Below are positions 1 through 11,089 of a stretch of 64,000 nucleotides of DNA, in pieces. The stretch's first letter is position 1. The number at the start of each line of letters is the position of its first letter. This DNA comes from Balanoglossus misakiensis (lineage: Eukaryota; Animalia; Hemichordata). Both the position numbers and the translations under genes were made by a program. The notes beneath the pieces were generated by a model. The model saw only the letters and a program-made list of their open reading frames with translations. It did not search any database and was not told where the DNA came from. Location: NCBI GenBank assembly GCA_040954595.2, contig CM082586.2:711123-775122 (forward strand), written 5' to 3'.

Positions 1-646
1 ACAATTTCATAATCCTTCAATCATTTCTGATTCTCTGAACATTTTCAGTGACACATCTACACAGACACAGATTGAAGCAATGTCTATATACCAAATTTAT
101 CAGATGCAAAACTAGAGCATTGTAGATATCATTTGTGTAAACACAATATAACATTTGTTGACCGCGTATCACTCAGTTTTCATAGCTATAGACTTGAAAA
201 AGAAGGCTCGCAGACCACTGAAATTATTTCATAAAGAAAAAAAATCTATTACCTTGTCTATTTCTCAAAATAATATTAGATGCGCAGCAGTAATGTAAAA
301 ATCTTATTCTTTTGCTATCAGACTTATCTTCAAACACCATGCATGAATTTTTGCTCAATCGTGTCTTTCATGATGTACCATTCACTTGATATAACCTGGC
401 GTACTTCTGCTCTTTGGTGCTGACTTTCGTTGTGGGACTGTGAGCTTAAGTTAACCAATCAATGTCTATGTAACTCAACAGAACTTTTTTTTCGTTTTCA
501 CCTATGTCCCATATTCATGTTTAATAACATATCTCATTCTCTGTCTGTTTTCTGCTACAACGCAGCATGCAATAATTGTGCATAATTAAGTTTGCACAAT
601 ATTCATGAATATCCTGTAACTTCTAACAATTTCAATCCCTCTAGTT

Positions 647-739
647 TTAACCCTTTTACCCCCATGTCTCTGTATGGTTTCACCCACACCCCATTGAAAA
701 CAATGGGGTGGGATTAAAATATGGTGGTGAAAGGGTTGA
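647..739 (-). mobile_element. ~90-bp MITE, piggyBac-like ends (copy 1, SF1 intron)
   Basis: TTAACCCTTT...AAAGGGTTGA termini, internal hairpin CCCCATTG-aaaa-CAATGGGG; its reverse complement aligns with the copies at 36375 and 47500. Confidence 0.7.
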
Positions 740-1053
740 TTCACTTGTCTATGGGGAAGGGGTGTATATGTATGGTACTGCTACATACTGTGATCAAGGA
801 TTGTAGAATGAATTTCCTTTTAGGTGTAAACGATGGCAACAAGAAACTTGCTCCCTGCCATTGTGCCCACCATAAAAACATTCAGTATATGCCAGCATAG
901 TGGATAATACGTTTCAATTCAACATTTCTAACCAGACAAGCAAAATATACATTAAATTTTAGAATTCTCAGAGTTACTTGGAGTTGTATATTCCACAGGC
1001 TTTTGAAGAGACAGACGTTTAATTCATAGTTCATCATATCTTAAAATTATTAG

Positions 1054-4000
1054 ATCACCATCTCCAGAGCCTATTTATAACAGTGAAGGTAAACGTCTGA
1101 ACACGAGGGAATACAGGACAAGGAAGAAGATTGAAGAAGAGAGACATAAGCTTATACAAGAAGCCCTGCAGTTGAACACAGAGTACAAACCACCATCTGA
1201 TTACAAGTAAGCTGGAGTAGTTGTGCTGTTTTCTATAGGGACATGCTTAATAAATCACATCAGTGAAATTCATGTACTTTCTATTGTCGCTCAAGTAAAT
1301 TGTCCAATTTTACTTTTTGTCTTCCAGACCTCCTGTTCAGAGAGTAAGTGACCGAGTCATGATTCCACAAGATAAACATCCTGATATCAACTTTGTAGGT
1401 CTTCTGATTGGACCAAGGTAAGTTGCCTTTCAGTATCTGATTTCACTTCAAGAAAAAGACCTCCAGTGAATGATGTCCATGACATGAATATGCATAGACA
1501 CCATCTTCTTCTGCATACAGTGCCTTTTGAAATACAGCTGACTTCTGAAGTCTGCCAAAGAAAACATGTCTGACTTATTTGTTCCAGAGGTAACACCTTG
1601 AAGAAAATGGAAAAGGAGACATCGGCCAAGATCATGATTCGTGGCAAAGGTTCTGTTAAAGAAGGAAAAGTTGGACGCAAGGATGGTCAACCCTTACCTG
1701 GAGAAGATGAACCATTGCATGCTCTTGTTACTGCCAATAATGCAGAGAGTGTGAAGAAAGCTGTGGACCAGGTAAGGCAACTGTGAGGTCTTTAAGGTGT
1801 TTTTGTGTTGGTTATCTTGGGATTGAGTTTCATCTAATGTTGGTCCACAGGTTGACACACAATGATTCCTGACACCAATATCCTGTCAATCACCAGATAT
1901 TTGACACAAGTTAACATCCAATAATAAATTTACAATGCACCAAAATCATATGTTTTTATTTTGAATGTACTGTGTGTCTTTATATTTGCTGTAAACTTAT
2001 TTCGATGGTTGTTACTTGTCTCATGTGCATATTTTTTTTCTTTACACCACAATGCATGCAGTTGTCAAATTTTGTTATATTTCCCACCTTGGTGTGTCTA
2101 CATTGCATATAGCTGTTATTATTTTCATCCCTTCTTGTTGTATCTCACTGGCCAGTAAAAATAGTTTCTTCGAAGTTGAAAAATGAACATTAGTCCCAGG
2201 CTGATCCAAAATTGACCGTATGGGGGTTCAGGGGTCAATGTACTTGACGCTGGCCAACTTTGACACCATCCGTACAGATACATTTGTTCATTTGGAAATT
2301 TGATTTGTGTGACTAAAATGGACCGTGTGTACTAATGAATTTTGTGAAAATAAGTTTTGCAAAGCAACTATTACTAAAGTTTGATTGATTTTCGCTGTAC
2401 TAATTCAAACTTTTCCATTGATCCATACTCACTAGCATTTTGTTTCTTTTGTAGCAGTTATCGTAGCCAGGTGTAAAAAAGCAAATTATGGCAGCTTGTT
2501 GCCACCATAAACATAGGATCAAGATGTATAGTCTACTCAGACTGCAAAAGATGGGAAAAAAGTTACAAAGAGATTTGTCAACAAAAATACTTTTTCATGG
2601 CAACTGCTGAATATTATTTCATTTCTTAGCTCATCGTTGTTTTGTCATCCAAGTTAATTCAGATGTCAGATTTTTGTACTAATTTTATTTTACCTTTTCA
2701 GCTAGCTATTTGTACTTATACGTATTTTTATTTCTATCTAGCTGAGTGTAGAACCACAGTTTTTGCATTTGTCTCCATTGCTGACTATAGACTACCATAG
2801 CGATATCTGTTATGCAACACCCACCCACTCCTGCCTATCACCTCACCCCCTCCACCCATCCATGGAATGCTGTTTTTCTGTTCACAGCCTACTAAAAAGT
2901 GTCTCCATTCCACGGTTTTGGTGTTCTGACTTCATGGGATGATTCTTGGCCTTGGTGTTATTATCGTGTCAAACTCAAAAGTCGTCTTTATTCAAATCTC
3001 CAATAATCCTTCTGAATAAAACAGATGGTTCTAAGTCTCTCTGAATGCTAGTCACTATGATAAGCAACAACCCAAACTCTGAAGACAATAATTGAGTGCC
3101 TGTAAGAAATGATATCTTCTTCAAGAAGATTGTTGAAACAAAATCAGTATAATGCAATTGATATTTGCCCCCCAACCCCCTGCCGGCCCAGGCCCTACTG
3201 ACGACATGTGCCAGATCACATATCTGTCTCTCTCGTAGATCAATGAGATCATCAGGCAGGGGATAGACACACCCGAAGGACAGAACGACCTGAAGCGTAT
3301 GCAGCTGCGCGAGCTTGCAGCACTCAACGGTACTTTACGTGACGCGGAAGCTGTAAGGTATTTGTGGACGTACTTATATTCTCTTTTTTTCCATCCCCTT
3401 CTCTCCCCTCGTGCTGTCTTGTGTCTGTGTTTGTAGATCAATGAGATAATCAAACAGGGAATCGAGACGCCTGAAGGCCAGAACGATCTGCGTCGCATGC
3501 AACTACGGGAGCTTGCCAAACTGAACGGCACTCTACGAGAGGATGACACTATAAGGTTCATTTGGTTTTATTTCTTTGGTGTGCACTTTTAGTTTTAATG
3601 TTGCCAGCATTTGATATTCGGTGTGTATGTTGTCTTTTCAGTGCCTCGCTTCCCCCAAAAACAAAATGAAAAATATTGGAAAGTCAGGAGCACATTTAAT
3701 TGAATGCCACTAACAGCCAATGAAATGGCAGCATTTCCATTAATGTTTCATGATCTCCAGTGACTGACTAGCAAATTAAAATGATTAATTTCTTGATCAA
3801 TCATGAGAAAGTGAACTTCACAGAAGTGGACATCAGATCTTCAAAATCACATTTTATATTTAAAAACTATAAAAGCACATTAGCCGAAATTCTTGTTTTA
3901 GTCCTGGCGGGTACAGAGTGTCATCTGTCAGCCAATAGAGGATTATTAGGAGTTCACCTTGGACCTGTGGAGCTTCCTCTGTTGTGATTGGTCCATAACC

Positions 4001-7000
4001 ACTAACAATTTTGTGGCACTGAAAGGACGCAAGACAATAGGTGTAGAGAGTTGTATTGCCTCTGTGGTTGTACTTCAACCTATCCCACCTCTTTATTCCA
4101 TGTACTATGGATTGGCCCATCATATCTTCATGGTGGATCAATCTATTTTCCATGTGAAGAGGGGTGGGAAGGTAGAAGAATGCATGCCTCCCCACCCAAC
4201 CCCTAATCCATCCATATAATACCGGTATTTTACAAATTGGTTTTGCATGGCCTCTTACCAATCTTCGCCAATGATTACCATGTACATTGATGGTACTGTA
4301 CTTTGTGTCATTTCGTCTTTTTTGGCATGCAAATAAAAAAATGTACTTTTCTGACATGAAAAGATTCTGAAATCCTGAAAATTGGGAGGAATGTGTTTTA
4401 AATTACAGTTTAAATTGCACTGTAGATTCAGTTGGGGAAAAGGTTAAAACAATATCTATAAAAGTTCGGTATCAGGGAATTTTAAAAGAAAAAAAAACAC
4501 TTTGCGCTGGTCACCTAAAGAATTGATGTTTACCAACTGCAATTATACAAGTTCAATTCTTCAAGATTTTGATTTTTGTGACATGGTAAATTGATTTGAT
4601 TTTACTGCCATGTAAATAACAATAAGGTAAGTAAGATAATGGAAATCATGTAATACTTGAAGTCCAGAGTACAAGGGACAATGCTGTATTTATTCCAGAT
4701 AACAGTATTTTAGTTTCAAGAAGATACAGCAGTTTGTGTTGAAGACGTCACAGAAAAATATCAACAAACATATGTAATTCATTACCACTGCAATGTGCCT
4801 ATGAAGGAGAAGCAGAAAAGCTTGATACGTGTAATGTATTTGGTTTACAGAATGACTGATAGAATAACAATCTCTAAGTGGCTTTATTATATCACTGATT
4901 GGCTGACTGACAGAGGAGTTTGTTTAACTGACAGGTGCACCAACTGCGGTGCCAGCAGTCATCGTACATGGCAATGTACGGAACGACAGAATATCACAAA
5001 CACAGTGCAGTGTTCACAGTGTGGAGGAGCTGGTCACATCGCTGCTGATTGCAGACAGAAGAGAGACAGAGCAGGAGGATTTGGCCCAACGAATACAGTG
5101 GATAAAGCCAAAATGGATAGTGAGGTGAGTGTTTCTGAGCTGGTGCAGAGATTTCTCGCATGGATAATTATTCAGTTCTGTGGCTTCCCTGTCAAGTGTC
5201 TTTCTGAGTGAATGTTCATACTGTGGTATGTAGAAAACCTTATACATATAGTTTGGGAACATAATATTTTTGTTCTTTCTTTCCTGCAGTACTTGTCACT
5301 GATGGCAGAGTTGGGAGAAGGTCCACCACCTCCTTCAGCACCAAGCAGCATGTCCAGCCATCATCATCATCATCATTCATCGTCTGGACCGAGACCGTTA
5401 CTCTCTACACCTGTTAGTCATCACCCTCCTCCATTGGTGAATATTACACATTTAGTCATGCATGTCATCTAACTCTAACCCTGTACCCCTCAGCCATCCC
5501 GAAACAGTGTCTCTGGACTATTCCATTAGGAAACTGAGGGGTTGCAGGGTAAAGTCTGTAGTTGTGTGCTGTGCATCTGTTGCTAATAACGTCAAATGCA
5601 CACACATGTTCATGCATGCATACATACATAAGTACCTACGTACATGCATTCATACATTGCATACATACAACTTTCTGTGTTTAGGCATTGATAAATTTCT
5701 AAATAATAGTATTGTGAAAAGTTCTTACTTGAGAGTGGTTTCTCGTATTGCTTGAGTGAAAATGCTGAACATGGGAATGTAAATCCAATTGCCTCAACAG
5801 ATGAGCCAGAACACACCACCCCCCTGGATGCAACACAAACAAGACAAGCACCATAACTCAATGGACAATAGACCTCCCAGTCTGCTAGGCTCTGGACCGA
5901 ACCAACCACCAAGTCTTATGTCACAACAAATCGGGCCCCATCATAATATGCCTCCACCACCCCCGTCAAATCAGCATTGGTCTCAACCTCCTCCACCTCC
6001 TTCAAATTCAGGTAAGCCAGATTGTTGTATAGGGGAGTATTATTTCCATACCTGTTGTGAAATACAACTCTCATAGATTTGTCGGTTTGATGGTTTGTCT
6101 TTCTTATCTCTTGCAGTGCCACCGCCTCCACCACCCTCATTGCTGGCGGCACCCCCACCACCACCTCCTCCAACCAGTGAACCCCCGCCACAAATGTCTA
6201 CCAGTCAGTCATGGCAAACAAGTAAGTACAACATGTCTGATCCGACAAACAGTGATGGTCTTGACTGGACAGGAAAAAGAGTGTGGGCCATGGCTTTCAT
6301 GATAATGTTTTATTCTGGGACAGGTTTCCGAAACAAAGTAGAATGTGACTTGGGATAACAATTGCTAACTGGATGTTTTTCCTGTTATCCAATGCAGGCA
6401 ATGCTCCAACGTTAGCTACAAGTCATTCTGGTGCACCGCCACCCTGGTACCAGAATCAAGGTACTCAGAATGCACACACAAACACACAGTGCATGTTCTG
6501 TAACCGTGTTGGTTTGTGTAGTTGTGCAGTGACCCCAAATTATCCTTAGTCACCTATTACCCAGGCCGAGAAAATTATTCCACTGTAGTGTGTCATGATT
6601 GATAAGTGGTATAGTTACACCAATATTGACTGAAACCTTGTCGTGTGTGACACTTATTTATGACCTCACTACCCTGACTGAAGGTACAGTGGTTGAGTGG
6701 ATAGGCAAAGTTTCAACCTTCTGATGTACTCGGCCTGATCACAAGCAAGTCGTTGTAAGAAGGAAACTGTTCTTGAACTGAACAGCATAAAGCAGATGGT
6801 TTCAAAATTCTTCATGCACCTTCCGTCAGGGTTGAGGTTTATATCAAGAGTATGCACACACAACTGAAAATGTTTGTCTGATTGAACTTTTAATGCACCA
6901 TCTCAGTTCTCAAAAATCTCAAATATTTTTAACTTTCAGGTTCGTCATCGTCAACATCAAGCTCAGCGATGCCACCACTACCACCATGGCAAGTACCACC

Positions 7001-7280
7001 AATAACAACCATGGCCCACATGCCACCATGGCATCAACCACCACCACCACCAATGCCACCACCGCAACACCATGGCATGATGCCACCACCCATGCAACCA
7101 GGATTGCCACCTCCCCCAGTACAGCCCCCACTCCCTCCAGGACCTCCCCCACCACCCCCTATGGGAATGATGCCCTACGGTCAACCACCACCACCCCCTC
7201 CCCCAGTTGACATGCAACCGAATATGGGGGCCGTTCCTCCTCTATTGCCCCCAGCACCACCACCTCCCCCTCCAAACTAA
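1054..7280 (+). CDS. SF1: Splicing factor 1 / branch-point binding protein (5' exons outside window)
   Basis: Exons 1054-1206 ([19 protein letters not shown]), 1328-1417, 1588-1771 (KH: [22 protein letters not shown]), alternative 3239-3357 or 3437-3555 (QUA2), 4935-5124 (two CCHC knuckles), 5290-5436, 5801-6011, 6117-6221, 6398-6460, 6940-7280 (Pro-rich, TAA). GT-AG introns with consistent phases. Confidence 0.97.
3239..3357 (+). CDS. SF1: SF1 alternative QUA2 exon A
   Basis: 119 nt, tag|ATC...AG|gtattt; [39 protein letters not shown]; TACTGAC branch-point-like site at 3196-3202. Confidence 0.85.
3437..3555 (+). CDS. SF1: SF1 alternative QUA2 exon B
   Basis: 119 nt, tag|ATC...AG|gttcat; [39 protein letters not shown], the copy closer to vertebrate SF1. 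Confidence 0.9.
5600..5670. repeat. Imperfect (CATA/CATG)n microsatellite in SF1 intron
   Basis: catgcatgcatacatacataagtacctacgtacatgcattcatacattgcatacatac. Confidence 0.6.
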
Positions 7281-8589
7281 GATTTACACTTCAGATCTTG
7301 ACTGTACAAAAGTAATTTTGTGGTACAAGATTATCATGTTTTAGCTGAAGTTGGTGATATTTTTATGAATGCTATGGTACCTTGTTTTGTGTACATGAAG
7401 GAAGAGGTTGATATGACTGAACCGTTGAACGGGTATATGCAATTTAGTTTCTAATCTTACTGCATGTGAATCTGTCATTGATGTTACCTCTAAACTTAGG
7501 ATCCAATTCTATCCTATTTTGCCACTTTTACTGAAAATTGAAAAACAAAATAAATTGAAAATGACCATAGCCAGAATGAGAGGATTGGATCATCGTTGAA
7601 AAGTTCCAATGAGTTCAATTATTTCATACATGCAGAGGAAATTTTCTCTCTGTATACATATAATGTGTACATAGCTTTGATGATTGCAAAACTGAAAGAG
7701 ATCAACTGATACGTGACCGTGTATTTTGCCAAAGTTGCATCATTTTTGTGATCATTCGTGAAGTGAACATTTACTTTCCCCCAACAATGTTTATTTGGTG
7801 AATGTTGGCTATTCATATATGAAGTCAAACTTTTGTGACCTTTTTACATTCTTGTGTATTATTTCCAAGACCGGCTCTGAGTTCATTTCTGTGAAGAATC
7901 ATGTACAGTTGGTCTCTTCCAGTTAATTTCTTTGCTAATCTTGAAAATTAAGAAACATTTTTTCAGGGATGAAGGGTGATACATGATGATGTGAATATGA
8001 CACTTGAAATGCACTCTCAGGATCGCAATGATTATACCATTGATAATTTTGTGTGCTGTGATGTGATAGTGTGTATAATCTCTGCTTTTGTTGTCAAGCC
8101 ACGAGTAAATATTAATAGACCAGCTGTGGCTATTTAACTCTGTTACTTTTCCCCTTCTACCCAGTTTTAGATCAAATGTGTAATGTATTCTTTCTTTGGG
8201 TCAAAACTTGAAATTCCGTAATAAATGTTATCAACACCACAAGCTGTCTTTGTCAAGTGTTGAAGTTGTTTTGGAGTGTGAATCCAATTGTGAGGTAGAT
8301 CTGAATGAATGACTGGTTGCTCCTTTTCTGTCCAGTTTCTGACCCCGAAAATTGAACATAGAAGTCGAGAGATGTGAGTGAATTGCAGTTTTTGCTATTT
8401 CATGAGTTCAACCCCCATCCAAAAATGCCAAATAACGCTAATATTGTGTCATATATATTCTTAAAGATGATCGTCATCAGTGGAATATCCCTTCGCTTTA
8501 TGTCATCTATATTTTTGGTTTCGAATATTGAACTTTGAGAGTGGAAATATACGACCATACGTCATCGTCGTGACTTACGAAAAACGGAT

Positions 8590-8819
8590 TCTTTGATTGG
8601 TCAATTCTTTAGCAGTGGTGTCTCCTGATTGGTGGAATTTCCCATTCTATGCAAATGAAGCAATATGGGTGACCTGTGTTGCTTATGCAGGAGCAGATGA
8701 TAATCAGTCGAGACTTTGCGGTCTGAGGAAGATGTACTACCGCTATCCACTGCTTTATCTCGATTTCAGGTAAAAGAAGTTCGAACGCAGTGTGGTTACA
8801 CCGGTTTTTGTTCATTAAG
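8590..8819 (+). promoter_or_regulatory. Probable promoter and non-coding first exon of the orphan gene
   Basis: Two inverted CCAAT boxes (GATTGG near 8595 and 8627), octamer ATGCAAAT 8649-8656, CpG enrichment, donor AAG|gtacgt at 8819/8820. Confidence 0.55.
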
Positions 8820-10586
8820 GTACGTGATATCTTGTCCGATTTTGAAATTTTAAGAAATAGTGACGCACTATGTAGAAATGGGCGTACGTGTACGATCGGT
8901 CACCCGCGCCGCACGACCGTGGCTGTTGCAATGAAGGTTTGAGGTTGCGTCATGCATATTCATCACTCAGCTGTGCGCTTACTATTGTTTATAATTTTCT
9001 TACATGCATACGTACCTGCAGTTGCATAATTTTTAGTGCAAAATAGAAAGAGTACTTTGTCCGTGACGCGCATGAAATGCAACACGATATTGTTTGCGTC
9101 TGTCTGAAAAAAATCCCTTGTGCATTTCATTCCAAACAGTTTAAGTTAATAAAGGTTTCACGTGCAATGCTCGTGAAAGATTAGACAGTCCAGTAAGGTT
9201 TGACCACCACGAGTACGTGAAGTGCTCGTGAAACTTAAGACAGACCATGGACAGCCCAGTCAGAACACATGAACAGTGATCTATCATACCAATAAAATTG
9301 AAACTTGCACAGAAATCATTTCATTCAAATGTATCATTTTCGGCATTGCAACATGATGATCTTCCAAACAACATTGCACCATGAAAACATCATTAGCATA
9401 TTACTGTTACACAATTAAAAGGTCAGTCACATTTTGTAGTGGCCACAACACAGCTTCTTGCTATGATTGCAAAAACCTGCGTTCTTGTTATTAACAGTAC
9501 CAAAATTGAATGGTTCACACGTAGATTTGTTCAACATATATGCCCATCTGAAATTTTTATTCTGAATTTCAGCCCAAGAATTTAGTCTCCAGCAGGTACC
9601 CTTATCTTTGCATGAGCTTTGTATTAACAAGAATATTGAAATTATTGTTTGTAGAATAACTTAAAAAAGACCAGAAAAATGTTGGTTTTGGGGTTGTCTG
9701 TTCGCATACAGTTGAGTTTTTCACAAGGTTGACCCTTTACCCGCTTAACCTAATTCACTTTCTATTCAGTGAGTTGTATTCCACAGAGTGACATATTTGC
9801 ACAAAGCTGGTTTCATATATATGAAGAGGTCATCGTCTAAGGGAAATTTCCACTCCCAATTTAGACGCATTTCTGAAATTTGTTTGGATCATGTTTTTGG
9901 TATGCTGGTTGTCTAGTACTTGAATCTATAACCTAAATTCATTGTATTACTATTTACGTGTTTAATCCAGTCTCCAGGAGGCTTCTGTTAATATGGGTGT
10001 GGATGAGAATGATCCATTTTCCGACTGCTGATTTTATCTTTTTATGTGATTCTCATTTTGTGTGAAAACATTTAACTTCGATTGAAGTGTACAGATTCTG
10101 ATACTTTTCACCTTGCCTTTAAAAATTGTACCCAGTGAGTGAGAGTGAAGCTAGGTCACATGCAAATGAAGATCATTATTGATCACAGGATTATGTTAAG
10201 TAGGTTCCGAGAACCTGTATACATAATAAGGCCTTGTTGCTTCTGTTTGGTATATATAGATATACAAGGACTGACATGTTTTTGTTTTCCATTTGCTAGA
10301 GCCTGACCTCGTATCAGAGTGTGAGCAAGTTTAAACATGATAGCTTAGAATGATTAATTAGTAAAGTCCCAATTGGAATTTACTTTAAATAGTCCACTAT
10401 GACAAGTATTAAATATTTTGCATAATTCTGTAGCTTGCCTCTTCCAACCACTCGTTTCCCCCACCTGTATGATGTTGTTCTCCATTCTTTGAGTTTCTAC
10501 AAGGAGTTACAACTTCACTCATGAAACTATCTTCTTTTCTCTCCTCTAGTTATTTCAAGAAATCTTTTCAAAGATAAACGACTGTC

Positions 10587-11089
10587 ATGGCTGCCGTACC
10601 TAATGCTTGTTATGCTGCCACCAACACGTATGCAAACTTCCATAAGAAGATTGTTATTGAGACGAATGGGGAGTCCACGCCTCCATCAAGTCCTTGCAGG
10701 CCAAGATCACCAACTGGTATGATGTAAATTGTCTTCTTCATGGGAGGTTGTGGGTGGTGGATGTGGACGTCAAATGTACATGGAGTTCTTGCTTGAGCAT
10801 GGAAAATTTGAGTCATTGACGCGTCATATGGGCTTAGAGGGTCATTGTAACATAATGTTCCTTTTGTTCTTTTATATCAGGACCTACCAGTCCAGCCAAA
10901 TGGATCAACTCTGCCCTGAACTACTTTCAGTTTAATGGTCGACCAAGAAGTGAGTCAAACCCCGAGACACTGTCCTCATTACCCATGTATAAAGGAAACA
11001 CTTCAGAAAATGGAGAGTTTGCGGACAATAAAAATCTCCCAGTTAGTCCTCTAACGAGAGACATGAGTCATCAAGATGAGAGGAGTTGA
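10587..11089 (+). CDS. Small two-exon orphan protein, 112 aa, Ser/Pro-rich
   Basis: Acceptor ctcctctag at 10549, gtcATGg start at 10587, exon 10587-10716 (G|gtatga), pyrimidine-tract acceptor, exon 10881-11089 in matching phase and open to TGA. Missed by the ORF track. Confidence 0.7.

Noticed and set aside
1465-1550. Possible C/D box snoRNA in an SF1 intron (ATGATGT ... CTGA)
   Set aside because: Imperfect C box, no terminal stem and no recognisable rRNA guide.
3121-3561. 146-aa minus-strand ORF with an internal repeat
   Set aside because: Antisense shadow of the two duplicated SF1 exons.
6893-7217. Several overlapping ORFs on both strands
   Set aside because: Shadows of the CCA/CCN-rich proline-coding SF1 last exon.
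9167-9263. Short imperfect direct repeat (tgctcgtgaaa..agacag..ccagt) twice
   Set aside because: Two degenerate copies only, with no element structure; not CRISPR-like.
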